A DNA stretch of 63,064 bases, the filler included, from Asterionella formosa (lineage: Eukaryota): assembly GCA_002256025.1 (NCBI GenBank). It is 25 parts of 25 records of this genome, joined end to end, with 100 filler letters (N's around TTAATTAATTAA, not from the genome) between each part and the next. Parts side by side here need not be neighbours in the genome. Positions count along the whole stretch, not along the records: positions 1 to 17,713 come from NKIB01004329.1; 24 more parts are not named here. One strand, written 5' to 3'. Below the pieces are notes generated by a model. That model was not told the origin of the DNA and searched no databases. It worked only from the letters and a program-made list of their open reading frames with translations. Shown here one piece after another: positions 1-11,299 of this stretch. Position numbers and translations under genes: made by a program. Within the stretch, counting starts at the first letter, position 1. Each line of letters opens with the position of its first letter.

Positions 1-332
1 GAACCTAGTACTGTGTTAATCGAATACAGTTGATGAAATTGATAGCAACGAGGAAGTTGTCACACTTAAACTTTCACTTTACTAACTGGATTGTTTCGAG
101 ATAATGGTCTCGAAACACTCTTATTACCAGTACTCACATTGCATTTTAACATTTTTTCCTGACCTCTGATTGCTTTTCCTTGCGTTGTGCCTTTTACCAC
201 GTCAGCCCAGGTAAATCTTGGTAGCGGCTGTACGGTTTTAACTGTAGTACTGTTCTCTCTCGTGTCCACTACTGGTATACCCTTCACGCCTGTCCTGTGG
301 CAGTCAGCTCGCATTTTTCCAACACGCTCCTC
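1..332 (-). mobile_element. Ty1/copia LTR copy (1-324, cut at window start) with its polypurine tract (325-332)
   Basis: Reverse complement is near-identical to the LTR at 62580-62937. On the minus strand it starts TGTTGG right after GAGGAGCG. Similarity to the internal RNase H region stops just beyond the PPT. Confidence 0.9.
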
Positions 333-1314
333 CTACTCTCGTCCAATTTCGGCAGTCGATTTTCCTTAAGTAAACGGCAGATAATTAAGGGGCTATAGAT
401 ATCAGTAATCAAATTCCCTTAGAAAAACGGCAGTCGATTTCGGCAATAAAATCTAGGGGCTATTGAAAATATTGCAGGTAGTTTGGCAGTCGAAAAACGG
501 AGCATATGAAATTTACAAAATATGTTTTATATGATGGGCAATTGCAGGATTGAGTAATCCACGCAAGAAGGTCACCCTGCAAGGCCTCCCAAGCCGAGTA
601 CACAAGAATACTCGCAGGCAGACTCCACCCTCGGTCGTGTATTACATTCAGCATTTACCAGGTACCTGGTACTAGGTGTACTCCAAGTATACTTATCATG
701 GTCTGTCTGAATTATACATCCATGTTAATATTTACAGAGAAATGTTTTACAATCAAAATTTCTAGTGCATTTAAACTAACTAAAACTTGCACAAGGTAAT
801 GGATAATACATAAAAGTGTGAACTCGGGACAGTACCAAATAAAAGATGAGAACTCCAAACTTGAGGTAATCTGAGCTTTTCACTGCTTTTTTACCTAATT
901 TTCACTTTTGACCTATAATAAAGAAGGATAGACGCCCTATCAGATGAGATCTATCAGTATGACACAATCCAGTATATCTCAAAATACATTCTAGAGCTTG
1001 AGACATTATAAATAAATGATTTTTAATACAAACTTTTTAAATTTGTCAGTGGGTCAATGCAGTTCGAAATTTTCCCATTGGGTCAATACATTTTTTACTG
1101 GTCCCAACCATAATAAAAGGGATATTTACACCATGATAGTGGATTACAAGCCTCATTATAACTCTACCTACTAACCTTTTTTGAAGGGCAGCCAGCTCTT
1201 ACTAACAGAGGTACCATTTGTTGTAACACAAAAGTCGTGTTTTCATCAAACCTTTACAGAGATTCATTTATAGCGCGCCCATTCGTTCATACTCCCCTAT
1301 TTCTAGGTAAGTCT

Positions 1315-1560
1315 TGCTTTCATTGTGCTACCTGCCGACAAGACCTGTGCTTACCTAGTTGTTTTGTTAGTGTAGATGAGTCTCCAACCAAGTTTCGCGA
1401 AAGCTGATTGTCTTAGCTGCAGCATTAGGGGAACTCTGACCGCCTAGGAAGGAGACACAAGCTGCTTGTAGGGGGGAGGGCAACCCACTATTTCTTGCAC
1501 ACAAGTAAAGACAGTGCGGGATGGTAAGCAGAGTGGGAGTCAAACGCAACAATTGCTTCT
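1315..1560 (+). repeat. Dispersed hairpin-rich repeat, copy 1
   Basis: Aligns by eye with 36480-36668 (shared TTTCGCGAAAG, GATTGTCTTAGC, GGGCAACCCA..CTTGCACAC) and with the reverse complement of ~13960-14054. Boundaries approximate. Confidence 0.7.
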
Positions 1561-2718
1561 CAAAAAATTGCAGGAATTGAACCTAACAACGTCAGATCAA
1601 AGACAACTTGCTCAACTACTAAGCCATTCCCTTCATTTAAAAATCACTGTGATGACAAAAAAAGCAAATCAGTTAGCCACTTTTTTCATGTATCCCCAAA
1701 CATGTGAATTATATACAAAGGCAACCAAACAATATAAATACATACATGTATTGCGGTAATAGCAAGCACACCAGCAAGAATGCTTAAAACTGCTTCTTTG
1801 TTACTACTTTTAAAAGAATGGATCTAATGCAATTATTAAAATTCTTGCTTACCAAACAGGCTTCTGCGCTTTAAATGGCACATCAATTTTCTTCATGCGC
1901 TTAAATTTGAGCAAGCATGAGCAATCACGAACTTGAGTGCTATCATTGGAATATTGTGTTTGTTTGCTTTCGTCAGCTTCCCAAACACATCAGGAATCAA
2001 TTTATGAATTGCAATTATTTGTATACTTCTTACAACCTGAATTTCCTATACTGTTTAGTTGTGCAATGGCCCAGTAGAAACCACCATTAATTTCCTATGC
2101 GTTCAATTTCATACATAAAGTATGTACAAGGCATATATATGTAACTATGTGTATCTGTTTTTGCCAGCTGACTATTCGACAATCATGTTCAACGCATACA
2201 TACACTTATTTATTATCTGAAGATGGGGCGTAGCACAGCCCTTCTATGTATGAACCGAATTTTAGTTACTGTACTGACATGTAGAGCATTTCAACCCAAC
2301 TGCATGAACATACTATTGACAAAAAGCGAAACCAATTTAAGCTTCCGGTCAAAATGCGTCACTGTGCAATTCAACTGGTTTAAAATATGGCTTGTGCTGG
2401 CAGCATAGCACCTACAAATGCACTGGTAGAAATTTAAATTTAAAAGGTGCACACAAGTTTGCCATATGTTTGTGTACTGCACTTGACAGTCTGTAGAGTT
2501 AAATACCATTCCCTGGCTGCAACAATGACAGCATACCGGTACCAGGTACTACTGGTAGCTACATATCTACACAAGACTAACAACTTTTTTATTTTATGTT
2601 TTGCGTGATTGCGAGAGTATTTAGGGAATTAAAAATTTCAAGTCTGAAGGCCGAGACATGATGTACCTGCCCTGGCATCTGAATCCTATCTGCACATGAC
2701 AAGTTCTCATTATGTGCA

Positions 2719-2744
2719 CCGGCAAGTTGCGGTAATTTTGCTGA
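2719..2744 (+). mobile_element. Isolated terminal inverted repeat of the CC(A/G/T)GCAAGTTGCGGT MITE family
   Basis: CCGGCAAGTTGCGGTAATTTTGCTGA matches the ends of the element at 16115-16212. No convincing partner end seen. Confidence 0.65.
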
Positions 2745-5700
2745 TATCACGATCTCAGCAATATACAATGTAGTTGCTCCTTTGACCCACACTTTGTGCA
2801 ATACGCTAGCCAGCGCATGATGCCGTTAAAGTCCATTCGTGGCATGATTTTGAAAAAATTTTAAGCTCAAAATACGATCATTTTGGCAGATATAGCAAAA
2901 TATTTCGATTTAGAGGATAAATTAAGAGTAAAGCTTACTTTGGGTTATTGAATTATTGCTTGATTCGAGTAAAGTTTACTTTATCTGCCATAACTGCCAA
3001 AGTGATAAAAAAACCAGCAATATTTATCTACGGGTACTAGTAGCACTGTCTCGGCTAGAAAAATGAAGTGAGGTTACTGATACAACGAGAATAATGTACA
3101 TGGCTGGACTACATAGTATCTCACATACTTATGGATATGCAGTTGTCGAACAAGAACAGCAGCAGGTATAAGTAATTTTTTCCTTTGTTCACAATTATGT
3201 ATTAGAACTGAGATGACATTTGGCTCTTAAGCATTTTATGTATCCTCCGCTTCTTTTGTTAGAGCACCTGAGCTCTTGGTAAGTGCATCCATGGCTTCAA
3301 AACTCTACTGAAACTCTTCAGAATCCGATCTATTTACTGTTTCATTCCTGGCCACATCAGCCTAGGCTTCCTTCAAACGTTTCGCAGTACATAGCAGCTA
3401 CTGCACCCATTAAATCTTTTTCTCGTCTTTCACTCTTTCACAGCAATAGCTTGCTTCTTGGGCTATTTCTGTTGCGGAACTTTTGGATTCCAGTGCCAGT
3501 TGTGTACGAAGTTAATTGGTCTTCGAGAATTCAACTTGTTTTGCATCATGTTTGTCAGAATCAATGACATTCTTGTCATGTAATTTTTGATTTTTTGTTA
3601 AAAAGGAAGTTTGGTATCTTCACCTTCATGTGCATCCTTGCCAGGATCATTTTATTATACTGCTTTCTCTACCAACACCGTCAATCAATCTTGGCACTGC
3701 ATAGTTCCGGAAATATGGCACCTGTTAAAGCCATAAATAATAGGACAAGCAACGATGGAGCTTTTGCGTGAAATGATCAAAATTGTTGAGTCGACCAGAA
3801 ACTTTTTATTATTGAAACAGATAATTCAATGAACATTTAGAAACATCAAAACCTCTTACAATTGATTGCAATCCATTTCAACTGGTCATGTTTGTCTGTG
3901 TCCATGCAGGCATCCAAAAATTTGTCACAAACTGCTTTATGGGGAAAGTTGATAGATTCCCAAGATCCAAAACATCTTGACGATGTTTCTCATGAAAGAA
4001 GACTTGAATGAATCTTTGCTCTGTGCCATGATATTTAATTTATCAGGGAGATGTTGCAGCATTTTGTTTCTTCGTCTTCACTTAGGACCACATTTTTGTG
4101 AGCTGTGCCTTATCAGAGTCATCATCTAGTAAAATATTGGTAGTGAACACAGATGCACAAGCAGATAATTGCGAAGGAGATAGTTCCGAAACAGTAGAAT
4201 CATTTTCAAGGTCATCTCTGACAGGAACTTGCTTTAATTAACAATTGATCTCCTCTTCGATCTTTATGAATCAGGATAACCATTTTGTTTGAGCTTCGTC
4301 TTGGGTTTTTGGGTGATAACTTTTGGTTGTAGCCCACCATTCCTCAAAGGTTTACATTTTTAACCGATTCATAATGAGTGTGATGATTATAGCCTCGGTT
4401 TTTTTCTGTATCCAGCGACTTTGTAGAAAACACGAACACGCCGAAGTTTTGGCAGAGTGATCTCTTTAACAGGAATTTCTTTTATCATCGTAAACATTCT
4501 GTCACTATCAATGAAAAACAAAAGGAGTGTGCCGTAGTAGTAACCTACAGGTCATGGATTTTCCTAAGGACCACGGAGTAACTGTCATTATTTGAAGAAC
4601 CGTATGACGCCATGATAAGGGAGAATAAAAACAAGGGCAAGTCGTAAAAACTGCATTTGCTTACAGGCATGGGTGAATCATATAATACTTAAGTTGTGAT
4701 AATTGTCGCTGACGATCCCTCCTCCAAAATTTTTTGTAAGTTGTGTCCATTAGCTATAAAATTATCGTTTTTGTTCCTTAATTTTCTTCTTGCAAGTCTC
4801 ACTTAACATCCTTATGCTGCATCTGGAGCGATGCACCCAGTTACACATTTCGGATTCACAAAAATGTTTTTCGCAAGGATAACACATAACCTGGATGAAG
4901 GAGATAGAGAAAACGGGCCAAGAAACAAATTTCGACGAAAAGATGTTATAACAGTACATCTAGAGCTATGTAGAAGGAGGGAATATGATGCTGTATAACA
5001 TACATATAAACTGTTTATATATTATTAGCAATGCACCTTGCAATGCGATGTCAAAGATCTGCATGAGAGTTGATAAAGGTTTACTGCTATTATGTTGTTT
5101 TTTGGCCGCATTATTTGTTGTGGTGTATTATTCATGAATATTGCATTTCTTTGTGTCATCTGCTGACACTCTGGAAAATGTGCTTTTTTCCAAATATCCA
5201 ACTCACATGAATGACATCTAATCTCTGAATTTTTAATTCATTGTGAAACACTCTTAACTCTTTTATTTCTTGGAATGAAAGTCACTTTCTCTTGATATTC
5301 TGTTGTAGAAATGCGATAGGCCCCTTTGACCCTTGAGTCAACTGTATGTCAAATGATCATGTTGATAGTGTTAGACTACAACATTAATTCGTAAATTGTT
5401 TGATAGCTTTTCCAGTCTGGAAGCATGCAGGCGAATGCACTGGCTCTGATCATCATGCAGAGTACCTTTTTTCAACACTAAAATTGAATTGAAACATTTT
5501 TTCAGAGAAATCATGAAGTGTTTGGATGGGAATTATTGCTTTACCTTGCATGCATATGCAATTCTTTGAAGTATGTGACCAGAATTTCCTGTTGGGACTT
5601 TCTGAGGAAACAACACTTGCTGATCCTTTGACTACTTTAACAATTGAGTGAATGCCGTTCCATTTTCGTGTCTTGATGATGTTGGAGTAATGCTTTTTTA

Positions 5701-6255
5701 CACTGTTGCTACAAACATTTTGTGAGAAGTTATGTTCATGCCAATTCTCTCACTGTGCAACACTATGCACTCCAGGAAAACTGTTCGATACATGCATACT
5801 TCATTACATACTGCAATTTTGGTCTCACTCATCCCATTATGCCCCGGTACTTGTTATTTCCTGTAGCTTCTATATGCTTGGAGTACTAATCCAGAATTCA
5901 GAGTACTAATGGTGAGCTGTGTCTTTGCCAGTAACAAATTGAGATGAAGAAGATTATTCCCCCTATTTCAATTTGATCATTAATCAAATGTGTAGCTGAA
6001 TGTAGATGGTGAGGCTCGCACCACCAGCAAGCTTCGGTTTGGCGTTCTTTGGTTATGGAAAGATCTCACAGTTGCATTGTTGGAAAGGGGAGAACTAAGT
6101 TTAAAAAAGTATTCAGTAATTTTTATAGTGCACTATTGTTAACAAACTCGACAATTGTGGAGGTTGTAAAGTTTCACTTGGCCCATCAGAGGGCCTTAGA
6201 CCTGCTTGATTTCTGCCTCACCACCCAGAAACGAAGGGACTATATAAAGAAAACA

Positions 6256-6326
6256 GGCGGAGAATGTGGCAATCGAACCTGCCACCTCGGAAGGTGAGCT
6301 AACCAACTACTGCTAAGCTATTCCCC
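6256..6326 (-). repeat. tRNA-derived dispersed repeat (SINE-like), copy 1
   Basis: Minus strand reads GGGGAATAGCTTAG...GGCAGGTTCGATTGCCACATTCTCCGCC then TGTTTT. It has an acceptor-like stem (GGGGAAT/ATTCTCC) and A- and B-box-like motifs but no canonical anticodon arm. Homologous to 11235-11299 and 20275-20341. Confidence 0.6.
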
Positions 6327-6782
6327 ATGTTCGAAAGGGAAATAAGTTTACCAATTATTGGCTTCAGCAATGTATGCCTTTCAATGCCTTTCAATGCATA
6401 TCTTGCAGGATGTACCTAACAAAGTGGTTGCAAATGTTTGCTGAAGAAAATAAGAAACACTTCATTGGAGTCCTTTAAAATTGAAGCAGAAATGTAGAGA
6501 AAGGAACACCTAATTGTCCAATTGATGAAAAGATCAGTTGAAAAATGACTGGGATTAGGATGAAGTGGTCGGGAGGGTCTGCATACCTATATGACAAAGA
6601 CTATGCGAACTACATCATTGGCTTTTAGCTATACAGCACCAGGAGTCAATATCTGACTTTCGTCAGAGCTGAGTTGGTGCTTGCAGTAAGTTGTAGCTGT
6701 CATTGGTATCCAATTTATCTTTATGATTATCTCATAAGATATACAGGCCAATGCAGTAAGTGTCCCCTAGTAGTTTTACAGT

Positions 6783-8145
6783 CTAGTTGGAAGCACCGGC
6801 AACAGCAGATGGCGACCCTCGAGGCGACGATCTCATTTCTTCAGGTTGTGGTTCAATGTTCTCATGGTCGTTCAGGTGTACTGACCCGACGCCTGTTTCC
6901 ATACTATCTGGATCAGGCATGGATGCCAAAGCCAATGGGTGAGGTTCGCCAACCACCATATTGTCTGTCATAAGAGGAGCGGTAGCATATGACTCAGGAA
7001 AGCCCTGGATTTCAATATTTAATCGGCGAAGTGTCATAAACTCATCCATCTCAACTTGTAGTGCAGCATTTCTCATTACCGGCGGTGGCTCATCCGGTCG
7101 ACGCTTCAATTTCGGTTGATATGGGCACACATGCCCCTTTTTGGGTGCTCCACACTGACAAATGAAGAAATGAGCTGCAATTTCTGAAACAATTCCAAAA
7201 AAATGATACAATTTAACTTACTCTTCCACAACGATAACTCCCTCTACCCTTGTCTTTGTCAGCCTGTGACATTTTTGACTTGCTTGAAGCATCATCTGGT
7301 CCCCGCGACATGTACATATCCATATCTACTGATCCATCTATTCCAACAGCTTTGTTCAAAGTATCTGCTGGCATTCCATTCATGGTTGGAGGATACATCA
7401 TTCCTTCAGGAGATCCACGTGGTTGACGACCTGGAGATGCCATTCCATTTCCTTGTCGAGTACTCCACATGTTTTGACTACTCATTGGTTGCATGTGTTG
7501 CGGCATGTTGGGAGATGGAGATTGGCCAGGCTGAGCCATCGGGGGACCTCCTTGCCAACTGTGAGGTGCAGCTGGCATTGGCCCCGCCGATCCTCCCCAT
7601 TGATGTTGTGACCATTGCTGTCCTTGCCAATAGCCACTTCCTTGAGAAGCGCTACCGGGAGGAGGCCCACTAACTTTACCTCGAGAGGGTGAAATTCCCT
7701 GTCCGTTATTATTCTGTGAAGGGGGCCCCGGCCGCCCTCGGTTTGGAGGTGCACCCTGCATTGTCGCAGGGGGCGCTCGATATTGGTACCCAGCTCGGTC
7801 CGGGGCCATACTGTTCGGGTTCGGAGGGCCTCCTCCTTGTCGATACATGCCCATGTTTGGAGGTCCAGGCTGTGCTTGTTGGCTTCCCCACATTTGTGGC
7901 TGAGGCTGACTTGCATATCCAGGAGGATGTACCGGCTGCGTTGGTTGACCATACTGCATATGTCCACCATATTGCATGGGTGGATATTGTTGCTGACTTC
8001 CATACGGTAGTGCTTGTTGAAAATGGGGTGGTTGCTGACCATATGGAGGAGGACCATGACCATACGTACCATTGGGAGGACCTGCCGATACGCCCTCTCC
8101 AGCCTTTGGGCGTTTGTTTCGGTCAGGGAGCCCTGGAGCCGGCAT
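6783..8145 (-). CDS. Gln/Pro/Gly-rich protein with C-terminal CxxCx5HxC zinc knuckle; exons 8145-7222 and 7154-6783
   Basis: A 67-nt GTAAGT...TTTGTCAG intron (7221-7155) joins GRGSYRCGR to CGAPKKGHVCPYQPK in frame. First in-frame ATG is at 8145; the ORF track start at 8196 is TTG. Confidence 0.8.
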
Positions 8146-9667
8146 ATGATCTATTGCTTTCGGTATGGTTCTTTCTTTGGGGGGGAGTATTCCCAACTTA
8201 TTTGATTTGTTGTAGGTTCTGCTTCAGGGTAGTTCGATTCGATACTACCATGTACCTCTGGTAAAAGGGCTATGCCTGGGTGGCGATACGAGTGTTCTGT
8301 CGTCCGATGCTGACGTGAACGTCTATAAGAGTAAGAATAGATCAGTGAAACGAACCAGAGAAGGTCAGCATTAATCAAATCAATCTAGCAGGAGTGGAAG
8401 TTTCACAAGTCACGCATCAATTATCATATCGAAGGCGAAGAAAGAAAACAAACCTCCCCGTTCTAAATCATCATGCGTAATGCCGTTGGGATCAGGTCTT
8501 CGCCATATGATGCAACGTAGAATCTACACGTCAAAGCCCCAATGGTTCCATTTCACTAGAAAACCGTATTCCACGCTCGTATGTATCTTGAATATTTCAC
8601 TTCGCCATGGCGGCTTGCATTACATACTACTCACATGGTTGAATGGCGTCCCGACAGAGGTAAGGAAGGTGATCAAGGAAGAGTTTTTGATAGTCGCAGC
8701 GAATTTGTTCAAATCAGCGAAGATCCGTTGAAAGGAGGTTATGAAACACTGGCGACCCTGTGCGTGAGGTACGGAATACCGTAAAACCTGGTCTCTCGTT
8801 TCCCCCCTTGTACCAGGGGTACATACCTGTACCCCCGATTACATCTGGCGCAACACTCCCAAAAATTTGTCTACAGAAAAATAACAGCATATTATTGTAT
8901 TCTAGCTATTTGTTAATGCTATGTACTATAATTGTATTATTACTAGTCATCATCATGAAACAGCAATCATCAGCATGTGCAATGCCAATGACATTTGTGA
9001 TGGCGATATCCTTGGCTGGCCTGGGATATATTTCAGCAGTTGAAGCTGCAAGTTGCAAGCTTGTTCTGGCATGATTATCAGGCTGAATGCTGCAGGCTCA
9101 GACAGTGCTGACCTTGATGTTGTCAGCATGTTGTCAGCTTGCCAGAAGCGTTCATAGAATCATTTCGTCTGCTGCTTGATGATGCAGAAATACTTCATGA
9201 ATGTCATAATTCTGGTCCAATAATCAAACAAGTGATGTGATTGGCTCATCTCAATTTCTATCATGATTTAAGTCATAGAACCTACAAAAAATATTACCAT
9301 TGTAGGATAATGTACAAATGTGTACACTCTCTGGGAAATACTAGAGATGCCATCATGAAACAAGGGTGCACCAGCAGCCAGTCCACCAAAAAATAGAAAT
9401 TCCATTGATCATAGAAACCATTTGAACCTACAAAAATATTTCTTTTAATGTTGATATTTACGTTTAAGCCTATAGAGAAAACATTGATGAAGTTGGTTTT
9501 TTCATAATGTTGGATGATCAAAAATAAAGCAATTGCCGTGTACTCCCCTACAAGTAAAATCAGTGGTTGTGGCTGTGTACATTGAGGGGGAAAAGACACC
9601 ATATTTTTCGGTACTTGTAAAACATGTGCTCCCAGGTACTCTGTACCTGATGGTATGTAGTAGAGTA

Positions 9668-9693
9668 CCAGCAAGTTGCAGTCATTTTGCTGA
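9668..9693 (+). mobile_element. TA-flanked terminal inverted repeat of the same MITE family
   Basis: TA followed by CCAGCAAGTTGCAGTCATTTTGCTGA, nearly identical to the reverse complement of the right end of 16115-16212. Confidence 0.7.
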
Positions 9694-9834
9694 AATTGAT
9701 ACCATGACACAGGACAGGCGCTGAGTACACATAGAAAAGTCATCAATTCATTCTTTAAAAGTGCTTCCATGATCACCACTTAGTGATATAGGTTTTAAGC
9801 TATCTTTATTCTTCCAAAAAGGGAAACACCAAAA

Positions 9835-10945
9835 TGTTGACAAATGGCTTATAAAATGACAATGACCGGTAAGGTCGGCTCAAAGAAAAAGTAAGCAAGT
9901 CTTGTTTGAATTGATTTGTTCTCTCCAAACTGACAATTGCTCTACTTTTCCAGTCAAAGTGATGAAGAAAACAACCTATCTTAAGTAACGGTTTAAAAGT
10001 CGTTGGGATTGGAAATTTGTCGCCGCCAGCAGCATCATCATAGCAACTACCCAAAATAACTATAATGAATTATATATGCACATTATAAACACATTTTATG
10101 TATATATCGACTATCAATTAATGAAGATCATATGTACTAGCCTACCGGTACATACTAGTAAGCAAACAATTTTGAAGTCGCATCTTCATGCTTCCATCAT
10201 TGCCATGTCACAATGCACCTTTTCGCCACGATGATTAAAGTTATCCATTATCATTTTATGAATAGTTTTTTCACATCTTTTGCTTTTGTTAAATCATATT
10301 ATTGTTTTAGTCGTCTTTGTTGTCATTATGCAGCAGCTACTGTGAAAGTGTCAAAATTTGTTTGTATCATCTATAAATTGCATGAAAAATGCGTCATTGG
10401 CGACTTCAATTTTCGTTGTTAATATTAATGTTACTAAAATAACTCTTTCACGATTGTATTATCTGTATTATAATGAAGTCACTAGCGAAGCGTCGTTCTA
10501 ATTTTCCATGGAGATATTTGTTTTTATGGTCATAGTCAAGTCTGAGACAAAATGATTCAGGATTCTCCAGCCGCTCACAACGACTACACTGTACTCTGTA
10601 GTGTTTTAGAAATATTCAAAAGAATCAAATGATCCATGCTAAATAATAAATAAAAAGCGCCTACGTGTGTTAGCTTGGGTACCCTGAGCATGAATCCAGC
10701 CATCATACATACAGCACAACAGTGATAATGGGTACTGGTAGTTGTTATGTATGATGAAGCTAGCATCTGCATATTCAAATCCTAATTTCTTTACAGCCAT
10801 TTATTATTGTTGTTTTCATCACTTCGGCCGGAAACATATAGCAATGTTGAGCTTGGAGAGAATAAAGCAAAGTAGCAAGGCTTGCTTGCTTTTGCTTCAG
10901 GCCGCCTTTAGGCACCAGTCATTTTCATTTCGTTGGCAATTGTTG
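9835..10945. repeat. Diverged inverted repeat pair (~140-bp arms at ~9835-9975 and ~10805-10945)
   Basis: The reverse complement of the left arm aligns with the right arm (GTTGTTTTC..ATCACTT, TTGGAGAGAA, CTTGCTT). The spurious ORFs over the arms also resemble each other (CFLHHF..VSLER vs CCFHHF..LSLER). Confidence 0.65.
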
Positions 10946-11234
10946 GCCCTTATTATTATGTTTTAAATTTTTTTACTCACTTATATTAAGCGCTTTATGT
11001 CTACTCATTTGCTAGAAAGGTATAGCGCGTAGTACTTCCTGGACCTGCCAGCCCTGATGTTTAGCACATATGGACCTTCTTACCAACCCAGGATCATCCC
11101 AACGAATGTGGTGCCTTCGGGGGCGCTGGTGTGCGGGGATCTGTACCGGTTTTAATCGTCAGTACGGTACAACAGGAACCTGTCTTTCTCAATTCATTAG
11201 CCGCACCCCGAAACCTTGGAGACTAAATACACCA

Positions 11235-11299
11235 GGTGGAGAAAGCAGGAATCGAAGCCGCCACCTACGACGACATGCTAAACAACTAAGCAACCACCC
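11235..11299 (-). repeat. tRNA-derived dispersed repeat, copy 2
   Basis: Minus strand GGGTGGTTGCTTAGTTGTTTAGCATG...AGGTGGCGGCTTCGATTCCTGCTTTCTCCACC, with B-box-like TTCGATTCC. Confidence 0.55.

Noticed and set aside
2800..6000. Short ORFs and possible decayed coding sequence
   Set aside because: No recognisable motif in the frames examined; cannot assign a product.
6256..6326. Functional tRNA gene
   Set aside because: No canonical 7-nt anticodon loop, abnormal D-arm and T-stem, and paralogues are highly diverged. Treated as a tRNA-derived repeat.
7203..8264. Multiple overlapping ORFs of 150-200 aa
   Set aside because: Antisense or alternate-frame shadows of the GC-rich low-complexity gene on the minus strand. 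The same applies to 14464-14967 and 32604-33356.
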